Shown: positions 54,001-64,000 of the stretch, one piece after another
Layout: every line of letters begins with the position of its first letter
Position numbering within the stretch: position 1 is the first letter of the stretch
From: Blasia pusilla
Lineage: Eukaryota
DNA length: 64,000 nucleotides
NCBI GenBank assembly: GCA_050084515.1
Contig: CM114271.1
Span: 39,680,001-39,744,000 of the forward strand
Reading direction: 5' to 3'
The notes under the pieces: model-generated
Seen by the model: only the letters and a program-made list of their open reading frames with translations
Databases searched by the model: none
Told to the model about the DNA's origin: nothing
Translations under genes and position numbers: made by a program

Positions 54001-57000
54001 GTAAGGCTGGTAATAGTGACCCCTAAAGTTCACTAGACAACGAGCTCCATGTGTCCCAACCTTGTATTCCCGACGAATTCGCTCCACATAGATGTCAAGA
54101 TGAAGCTCTCCCATTCCTGATATTATAGTCTGCAACACCATATCCGAATGTCAAATGTGAATACTGCTGCAGTCCACTTACATGAGAAATACTACTCTTG
54201 CAGCAGCAAAATTGGACATGTCTAAGAAATTGGAAAAATCACATGGAGCTAAACACACCTCACCACTGTCGGGATCCAAACTAACACGAAATGTCGGATC
54301 CTCTTTTTGGAACCGGTTCAGAGCTTTGGAGAACTGCATTGCATAGATCACATCCACACATCGCAAATCAGGAATTCATCATTTCCATAATCTGTTCTCT
54401 CAGTTTATCATAGCACTTCACTACATTCATGTTTCCAGCTCTAGAACCCACTTGGATAACTAACCAACATCGCCATGAATGACCAGATAATGCTTGTTGT
54501 CCAATCACTTCATGACCTCCAACCCTCTCTTCCACCCATGGGACTATTATACCTCTTTGGGTGCCCAGTGTCACCTCATCCAGACCATTTCAAAAAGACA
54601 GAATACTGGGTAAGCTTGAGCTGTCATTGGCGACCATGTTGGCCAAATTTCAGCTCAAGATAACAAAGTTGATTATTTAAAATCTACCTACAAAAAATTT
54701 CTAGTTAAAGAATTGCAAAAGAGTTTTCACCACCCTCATTACCTGCTGGCCTACATCTTTTGAAGCTGGTGCAATAGCAAGGGACATGACAGGTTCTGGT
54801 ACATTCATGGATGTCATTGTGTACTTAATTGAGCCATCTGTAAAGGTATCACCTGAACATTGATTCATTCAACAATCAATGGTGAATTCATTGTGGAATG
54901 CTGAGTCAGAGATGAATTCGCAGCACTGGACATGATTATAACATTACAAAACTTTGAATTCTCAAGCACCCGGTTTTGAAGTGTTTGAGCGGGATACCTG
55001 AAGAGCATTCCACTCCAAATACAGCCACAATTTCTCCTGCCCCGGCTTGTTGAATATCCTTTATGAGCCCAGGACAACAAATTTGCTGTCAACAGATGAT
55101 ATAACAGGGAGAAAAAAAAGTGGTAGAGCCTAATTGATTGCAAATTCAGAGGGCGTCCTTGTTCACACTGTACCTGCATCAATTGACTGGATAGCTTTGC
55201 CAATAAGGAGTGTGTTTCAGGATATGAGTAGTTTCAAACACTAGTTGGAGACTTCATCTAACAAAGATCTAGACTATGCTAGTTTCCCATTATAATCATA
55301 GTAGAATGTAGCTATGATTACCTCCATGTCATCTGCATGCATGCGAACCAACCTCGGGACCTGTTCAAAAACAACCGACCATACATACTTACATAAGTAA
55401 CAATAGACTTTTACATCACCATTTCATTGAAGTCATCCTTGAGTATATCATGGCAGTCTGGAAAATAGCAAACAAAAAGGGAATACTAGAAACCTACTTT
55501 GATAAGGAGGGGTTCATTCCACAAACAACGTTTTGATTCACAAACTTGAGATATATGGTTCCATGCACAAAGTAAGGGATGACAGCAAATGTCTTTAAAA
55601 CCTATGGTGAACTGCTAGTCTTCCAAAGCTAATAGTAAATGCATAGCACAGAAGAAACCTGTATGACCCATAAGGCCATACCTTAACTTTACGCCCTGTG
55701 CTTGAGTTCACAATATAGTCACCCCGACGAATAGTGCCATCATACAAACTGCTCAGTCAATAAATACAGAACGTGTCAAATCCTGAAATCTGCCTCTTGG
55801 AAACAAAGAAACATGTATGCAAGGTTTGTGTGATCCATGTCCCATAAGAGGTGATGAAGTAATACTAAAGCCTGAGACACACCACAGGGAATAATTCCGG
55901 CAAAAACGACTCGATCAATTCTATTACCGTAGATAAGTGAGCTGCCCAAATCGACCCTCTTCAAGTTTGAAAGCCAATGCAACAAGAGCCCCATTTGGAG
56001 ACCCCGTTAAACTCACCTGTCATGAACACATAAACCTTGCTCATGAGACACTGTTGTAAAGAGAAGAATACCATGAGAAAAACACATGAAAACAAGATAT
56101 TAGATGCACCGCTTCAGAAGCAGACCTCTCATGTGGAGATCAGCATGAACATCTTCTGCCCGGAATAGAAGAACAGGCAGTAATTGTTCTCACAAAGGTT
56201 CCTACCTTCTCTTCATTCTTGTTCTGGTCCAAGGCATGGTTGCTCACGTCCAAAGGACAGGGCAAGAAATTCACCACCCCATTCAAGAGAAGCTGAACAC
56301 CCTGCTCTGGCGCACATAAGAAAATCCAGCTTCGCCACATGAGCAATCACACCAACACTTGCATCCTTCTCATTAATTTGCCACTTTTAACAAATGTATC
56401 TCAAAGCCAAAGGATCAAGCTGGAAACAAAATTCTATAAACTCTTCATCACAAATTTCTGCAAAAAACTTCCATGGTTGGCACAACCAATCAAGTATTTG
56501 TTATAATCATTAGAGTGTCCTAGAAAATCTGCAACCACAAAGACAGAAGATGCACAGTCCACTTGGAAAGGAGAGGAGGTGCAGAGATACTCTCTATGGA
56601 ATCTGCTCATCTCTTGAACCCTCCATACTTTTTTCAGTGACTTGGGTAAGGGGTGAATCTAACACTCTATGCTATTAACCCACTATAAGATTCAATAGTC
56701 TTGGCTTGGCGTAGAATCTGATAAGCTCTTCATCACAAATTTCTGCAAACAACTTTCATGGTTGACATAACCAATAAATTGACGTTGTAATCACAAGAGC
56801 TGAGCGTCTACAACCAAAAGAGGCCTGGCGACGCACTCAAACCAGGCTGCTAATGCCAGAAATGAAGTCTGGCAAATATGTTTCCTACTGCACACATATT
56901 TAGATGGAGGATCACCATAATAAAATTCTTTGACATACTTCACTCAGCCAAAAAGGCACCTGAAAAGTATTCCAAGGAATAGATGCAGCCTATCAGGAAA

Positions 57001-60000
57001 GGCTTTGAATCTCTAAAACAGCTTGAGTCTCCATCCAGTCTCAACAGCACTTCGTTTCACAAACTGTGAATGCTGCAGATCAAATCAGTCTCTCATACTC
57101 GGTAAGACAACTAGTGTGAAGAAGCTCAGGCTCTGCTTGTTTGTGATTTTGTAACTGAGAGTTCACACTCCACAATTCCTGCTAGAACAGACCAAAGATT
57201 GGGAGAAGGTTTGATGGAACTCTTCATAACAAATTTCTGCAAAAAAACTTCCATGGTGGGTATAACCAATCAATGAAATTTATAATCACGAGAGTTCCAA
57301 ATCAAGACCCAGCACCAGGGAGTGCAGTATGTACCAGCTGTTCAGAGGAATCATCAGAGGATATGAAGTAGGATTCATGTGAAAATTCTTTTTTCGTTTG
57401 GACATGACTTCAATTTAAGCTAGCAACTGACACTCACCATCAGTCCACTAATCAGAACCATCACAAACCCAGACACAAATAATTCTAACATTGTCGAGAA
57501 TCATTCCACTCCAGACACTTCACTGTAAGACATATCTAACCTTGCAATTACGACAGACCAATATCTCTATCCTAGCACATGAACAACCCTGCTACAGCTC
57601 TCAGAAGACTTCACTGCAGCGTTTAGGATTGACTTCTCTGTCAAGTATGACTCTGCCAACAAATCCCAGACACAGATTTACCATCATTTGCCTCTGCACT
57701 CTGTGACTGATGATGTTGTACAAATCCCTTGGAAACCCCAACTGACCATGCCCATGTATTCTTTCAGAAACCCCAAGGACCCTCATAGGTAAGGATTTGG
57801 GACCAAAACATACCTTATTCTTGAAGGCACTTCCCATGAAAACAGGAACAAATTGCAAGGAGATAGTTGCTCTTCGTATGGCTTCCTGCAAAGTCAAAAC
57901 CATAATTATTTGACGAATGTTCGCAGATCTAACTGCCTTTGTGCATCCAAAGGCAGCAACTAAAAAACATCCAAAATTTCTCACAGTTTTGTCAGTAGAC
58001 ATAACAGCACTTACCAGGAGGTCATCACTAGAGATGGGCTGGTCATTAAGAAACTTGTCTGCAAGCTGGTCATCCACCTCTGAGACAATTTCAATTAACT
58101 CTCGGCTCTTTTCTGTGGCTACCTCAATTAAGTGGGGGGGAATTTCTTCTTCAACCACTATCTCTCTGCATGAAGACATGTTAACCTCAGAATTGAACTT
58201 TGCATAGACTGCAACCCCACCACTTCATGACAAGTGATGTGATAAAAGACAGATTCTTGGCAGCTTAAAAGAACAGTAAGAATTACTTTCAGATAAAACC
58301 ATTACAGCACCCATCTGCATATCCCCTCCTCAAAGAAGACTGACCAAACATGCTGTGCATCTCCAACACTGAATCAATGGCGGGTGAATTCTCTGACAAG
58401 ATTGGCATCGAAGTAGGAAACCATCACTGAGCTCCCGGAAAAACTTTCGCTTACCCGTGCACCCCTCGCGAATAGAAAGCTTTCATTTGCACAAGATCAA
58501 TTAGACCTTGTAGCTCAGTCTCAAGACCGATGGGGTACTGGACTGCCGCACAATTCAGTTTTAGCTTCTTCTTCAGCTGCAAAGGAAACATGGAAGTACA
58601 GCCATTAGACCATGAATAAGTGCCGGTTAATCTTGAGCTAAGAAAGGAGGAAATTACGAGGACATGAGGCTCATCAAGGACACCCATACATAGGAGTTTA
58701 CTCTCGTCTTCCAAGCCCACTGCCCCATGGTAGATGGGGCCAGATGAGTATGGTGCAACTATCCGAAGGACCCCAAAGTCACGGCTTCTCGTAAGCCGAT
58801 ATTTACTCGTCACTCAAAGCCATGCAGCAAACAGTGGACCTGATCGCAATTTCTCTACTGATGAGCTCAAGTACCAATTCACGAGTTCAAGTGACAAAGC
58901 TACGGAGAGAGGAAGATAATTGGCCAGTCCGGTCTGGTACAAAAAATGGTTGGACTTGTAGCAGTTAAGTTTCGAAACCGAGCGTAACTAATTCAGCGAC
59001 ATCACGTTCATGGAAATTCCTGTGTGCAAGGGACCACACCTGATCGATAACCTTCCATGGGTCTGCTCCACTCCGATCAAGCTTGTTGATGAACGCCAGG
59101 CGAGGAACATCATAACGTCGCATCTGGCGATCTACAGTGATAGACTGGCTTTGGACACCTCCCACACTACACAGCACCAACACAGCCCCATCCAGAACAC
59201 GTAATGCCCTCTCAACCTCAATCGTGAAGTCCACATGTCCTGGTGTATCTATAATATTAACCTGTTCCATCACCCAGACGATTGCAAATAAAGGAGTGAA
59301 CATGGGATAATCGGAACTCAATGTCGCACTATCCATAGACTGCCAAAAGTACACAAACCCGACTAAAGCCAGAGCAACTTTCTCAAAAGTTTTACATGAG
59401 CTTCAACCACTGCTCTCATCAAATGAAGTTACGCAAATCCGTTGCAGCGTAAACCCTCATAAGGAAACGCATTCCACTGCCGTATGATTTATCGGATCCT
59501 CCCGAACGAGATATCAAAGTTCAAACTCAGCTGTTACAATATTGAAGGCCGCGCAACGTACGAAAAGCGGGGCGGGAGGGGCTACAAAACTCACCTGATT
59601 ATCACCCCAAGTACAGTGCGTGGCGGCAGATTGAATTGTAATCCCCTTTTCTCTCTCTAAATCCATAGAGTCCATCTTCGCACCAACCCCATCCTTCCCT
59701 CTCACTTCGTGTATCTCGTGAATCCGCCCGGTGTAGAACAAAACACGTTCCGTCAAAGTCGTCTTCCCCGAATCGATGTGCGCCGAGATACCAATATTCC
59801 TCACCTTCTCCATCGAATCCCGCCATGGCTCTCGCTCCTGAGCGGGCTGAGCCGAGCCCCCTACTCCCCGCGAGTGTTTCAACCAGTGGGCGGGCCATAA
59901 TTCAAGAAGAAACGGTTGGGGAACACTATCTGAAATACATTGCAAGGATCGCAACGTGACTACGTTCCTTTCCTCTTTTCGCAGGACAGACGCTAAAGGT

Positions 60001-60038
60001 CCCCGCAGGAGACCCCGGGCTGCCCTGCGAATTCCCAT
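51055..60038 (-). CDS. Mitochondrial translation elongation factor G (EF-G1mt), many exons
   Basis: Transit-peptide-like N-terminus MGIRRAARG...; [87 protein letters not shown] introns; TAG at 51057-51055. Confidence 0.95.
56440..56516 (-). ncRNA. Putative intronic C/D-box snoRNA, copy 1
   Basis: Sense strand: terminal stem ACUCU/AGAGU, C-like AUGAUUA, D-like AUGA, with GCAGAAAUUUG upstream of D; homologous to copies 2 and 3. Confidence 0.5.
56724..56801 (-). ncRNA. Putative intronic C/D-box snoRNA, copy 2
   Basis: 7-bp terminal stem AGCUCUU/AAGAGCU, C-like GUGAUUA, D-like AUGA, same conserved guide-like segment. Confidence 0.55.
57216..57298 (-). ncRNA. Putative intronic C/D-box snoRNA, copy 3
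   Basis: 8-bp terminal stem GGAACUCU/AGAGUUCC, C-like GUGAUUA, D-like AUGA, same conserved guide-like segment. Confidence 0.55.
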
Positions 60039-60214
60039 CGTCTGCAACGCGTTTCTTTCACCACTTCTCTCCTCTTGTTCCTCCTCCTGCTCCTCGAGGT
60101 TCACATTTCTTATTGTAATTCGTCCCTTTCACGCGTCCTCCTCGCCTTCTAGTCTCTGCGTCGTGTTGTGCTCTGCTCCACTTCACTACTGCTTTGTTGC
60201 TGTCGGGATTTACC

Positions 60215-60227
60215 TAGGGTTAGGGTT
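60215..60227 (-). promoter_or_regulatory. Telo-box-like element upstream of EF-G
   Basis: TAGGGTTAGGGTT about 180 bp upstream of the ATG. Telo-boxes are typical of plant translation-machinery promoters. Confidence 0.35.
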
Positions 60228-60499
60228 CCGGAAACTAACCGGACGCACGGTTTCTAGAGTCCACGGAAATGGTTTCGGGGTCCGGAGATTAGGGCGTGTG
60301 AATTTCGGAGTACAAAAGTGTATATTTATTTACGGACTGTACATACGCACAATTAGTAAGAGGGGACACGAAATACATATGCACAACTAGTTAAAAAGGG
60401 AATAGGCAATCTAATTTGAATTTATATTTTTTTATACATTATATTTTATATATGGTTATTTTTCTTATTTGAATGTTAATTGGAATGTTCATCGCTTCC

Positions 60500-63400
60500 A
60501 ATTGTAAATGGATAGAATTTCTCTCCCCTGCTTTAGATAATGTTATATTCAATTGGCATGAGAATATACAAGAGCATGCAAGTAAATGCCCACATTTTGC
60601 AAAGTTTGACCTTGGGATTTATTGATAGTCATAGCAAAACCGGTCAAATAAGGACTTGAAACCTACGTAAATCAAATGGCAAACATGAATCTGATGCAAT
60701 CAATGAGATACCTGGAATAAAAACTCGATCTCCAATTTTCTTCCCTGTGATAATTTCAGCATTTATTCAATGTTGCATAAATCCACGAATCACCAATCTT
60801 GTTCCGTTTGCTTGTCCATGTGCTCCATTCATGTTTCGTAAGAGCATGATTGGTGCACCAATCTTCAGACACAGTCGGTGCGGATGAAGTCCTAAAGGCA
60901 AGCAATTCTTCAAAAATTCTATTGGATACATATGAATCATCCCTCGTTTGGAATAGAGTCGACGTTGAGGTAAACTTGCTCCTATACACAAAATATAATG
61001 AGTTTGTGAGAAAAGGTAATATTAATATCCAAACTTCCCAAAGAATAGCTCTTTTATAAAGGCTAAAGGGAACCCATGACATTACGCTTTTATAAAGGCT
61101 TAAGGAAATCCACGACATTACGCTTGCATTTATGATAACATCTTTATTTCTCACAATCGAAATTGTCGTATCTCTCGAGAAATCGATGTTATTGAATTTG
61201 CATGGAAAATTTTCATATATCAAATCAATAAGTTCACATATCTTATTGAATTTTAGTAACAATTTCATATGGTAGTCGTATTAAGTCTTCTCCTAAATGA
61301 GATACGAAGTACACGACCCTCTCCCACTTCTAATAACCAATCAGCAAAAGCTTGTTGTTCACTACGCAAGTGACCTTCCAACCTTTGAACTCGCATGTTT
61401 GTTTTCAACTTCATGACCTTTACATTAGACCAAAGAGATGACCTCTTTATGGTGGCTTGGATGATTTTTGGCCGATCCCCATGACGAACAACAGGCAACA
61501 CTTGACCCAAATCATCATTGAATACCATAAGTTTTCCACCGAATGGTAATTGTCATATATCATTAGAAAAACTCCCATAATATATTGTAAAGTTCGATCT
61601 ACAACCTCAAATACGTGACGATGAGCCATATATGCTTTGTCCCATATAGTATGCATTGCATCACGGATGAAGCGCGCTCCATCACTATTAACTGATTATC
61701 TACAACTAAAAAAAAGGGAGTAAATTAGAAGTTGTGCCACCATAATTAGAGGTAATTAATATTTGTACATCACCGGAATTGACACTTACTTGTAACCAGA
61801 GCTCTCATGAAGATTGATGGGGATTTTGAATCACAAATGTGGAATACGTCCTCCATCTAACAATAGAGCAACTATTTCGGATGACGCTAGAGCCAAAGCT
61901 ATACCTCTTGCATTCCTTACACTTGCAAGCAGAAGATTATATGAAAACAAATTCCCGTTCCATTTGGGCCATCCATGAAAAACACTTTTGGAGATGGTGG
62001 AGCATCCAAGCATATTTGATCAAGCTCATCGTGTATAGCATCCCAAATAATACGTCGTCCTTCCTTTAGACACGCTTCTCCCAATTGAACTTGCTCAAAT
62101 AGTTCTTCCGTATCATAAAATAACTCTTGTTCTTCCAAATATGAATTTGATTGAAGGTGTTGAAAGTCAAGTTGGGGCGTGTCTGGAAAGTCAGACAGTC
62201 TTTTTCCTTGATCTTGAAAATAATAATGGACTTCCAACAATGCAGTATTAACCATAGCATCTTCAACATGAAGATTAGGAATTCCAATTTTCTACAAAAT
62301 AGGATGATAACCCAAAATTTGTTAGTATGTTGAATGCTCAATGGAAGATAATATTAGGAATAAAACAAATGATGCAAGAATAGTAATGAATTCTTGCTTG
62401 ACATCGTCTATATAAGAGATCTTCTACCATTGGAACCAAAAATTGACTCCAAAGTGTTGCAGGTTGAGCTGGTGTGTTGTACGCTAGAATAATTGCAAAT
62501 AAGGCGACGAAGTGAAGAACCTGTACGGATTGTAGAAGCTTCTTCAAAGCAAGAGAATACTTCCCTATCATCCTCAAGAAGTCCCAATTGGACAACAGCC
62601 TCCTTGAATATTGGACATAATACCCCATTAACATTTCTCAAACATTCGTACGTAGTTGCTACTCGCAATTATACACAAAGAAGTTTTGAGCATTTATTTG
62701 GATGAGTAAGGTATAAGCGGCCAATGGGATGGCCATAACCATTTTGTACCCTACGAATCCATCCCTTGTTACTCCAACGATAATGAGAAGGATAATCTAT
62801 GTATAGATATTGTCGAGCACTGGAGTCAGATAGATTGGTTGCAAACCATTGGGTCAATGTTGTCTCTCTTTTTAGTTGCAAAATATCTCTAGGAGCGTCA
62901 ACATCATTGAAGTGGACTAGTTGTTGTTCCAAAAGATGGACTGCTAGTCGTACGATACTAGGAAGTTCATTATGTAGACTAAACTTAAAGAGACAGCAAC
63001 CTGCCTCCGAAGAAGATATATATATGGAATAATGAGAATTCCAAATATTTGAGTAAGGAAAATGAAATGAAGTTGAGAAATAAAATATAATGCATCAGAT
63101 AAGTCAATCAACAAAATCATACCTCGCATCAAGATATGACGTTATCTCGTCAATAACTTCGATTACGTTGGATGTATCCATATCCTTTGACTTAAATGAC
63201 ATAGCATGAGAAACATGTTTTTATAAGTACTTGACGGGAGAAACACTACTTGTAATCTCCAAATTAATGTGACAATCGAGGAGGGTTCATAATATAGGAT
63301 TGTAACCCAATGATTATCCAATGAATGTTCGCTCTTAATTATCGCCCTTCCATTCTCCAATCTACAAAAACACAATAACAATCGTAATGAGTCATGAATG

Positions 63401-64000
63401 AATACATTAGAAGGAATCACGAATACATATGCCTTAAAAATAAAAGGGTCCTTACCTACGATATAAACCGAATAACCATCTTCCATTTCGGTAATGTTGG
63501 CCGCAAAAGCTTTAGGATAGTCTTTTGTATAATTTTTTGTTTCCTTATCCATACATGGTACATTTGGATTTAATGATCTACACGGCCCGTGAACCATGCA
63601 ATTAGAAACAGTAGAATATAACCTTAGATCAGTAGATTAATCAGGGATTTCTGCTAAAATTATACAATCATAATTAGTTATGGTACGTGGTTTATCCTTA
63701 CGACCTAAAATAATAAGGACGTGCACATGCGGCAATTCTCTTTCTTGGAATTCCACCACATGGATGCATCCTACAACTCGGCCAAATATCTACTTTTTGA
63801 TGATAAGTCGTAACAACTCCTTCTTTTTCTTCTAAAAAACCGACACGACCAAATTTGGTCGGTCTGTAGTTGATTGGCAAGGTAATAGGGCTGATGTAAT
63901 CTCCTCCCACTTTGGATTGCATGTCATGGTCAAGAAGTAGTCGAGCTTCCCTAAATTTTGTACAATTGCCATTGTATCACCATAGAATTGATGCATATGA
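60500..64000 (-). mobile_element. Decayed Helitron (Rep-PIF1 helicase), running off the window end
   Basis: Rep motifs GKLDYFLTMTCNPKWEEI and VVEFQERELPHVH; MVHGPCRSLNPNVPCM; helicase motifs FMDGPNGTG, DLGQVLPVV, LKIGAPIMLLRN...NGTRL, FAMTINKSQGQT. Many frameshifts and stops. Confidence 0.9.

Noticed and set aside
61050-61125. About 36-bp tandem duplication within the Helitron region
   Set aside because: Only two units with no spacers; an ordinary local duplication, not an array.

Overview
Eukaryotic, intron-rich plant DNA, most likely a bryophyte or other early-diverging land plant (inference from gene content and style). Host genes: the last exon of a Nodulin homeobox (NDX)-like gene (63-705, +), a four-exon bHLH/ACT-like transcription factor (9355-14295, -), a CCCH zinc-finger FG-nucleoporin of the CG1/NUPL2/Nup42 type (44737-49201, +) and mitochondrial elongation factor G (51055-60038, -). 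One EF-G intron holds three copies of a probable C/D-box snoRNA, and a decayed intron-containing Helitron fills the right end. The main feature is a 22-kb nest (about 19.8-42 kb) of related, decayed Ty3/Gypsy-type retrotransposons, here called X, Y, Z and a solo unit. Their polyprotein order is Gag-protease-DNMT3-like C5 cytosine methyltransferase-RT-RNase H-DDE integrase-PHD finger. They make 4-bp target duplications and appear to self-prime (the PBS is complementary to their own predicted transcript 5' end). They also carry split, circularly permuted terminal repeats (B-internal-A-B-A) with a palindromic CA-AT-TG junction inside the reverse-transcription-defined LTR. I infer that these DDE-integrase elements insert through a circular intermediate opened at an internal site. 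All coordinates and alignments were read by eye; no database searches were run.
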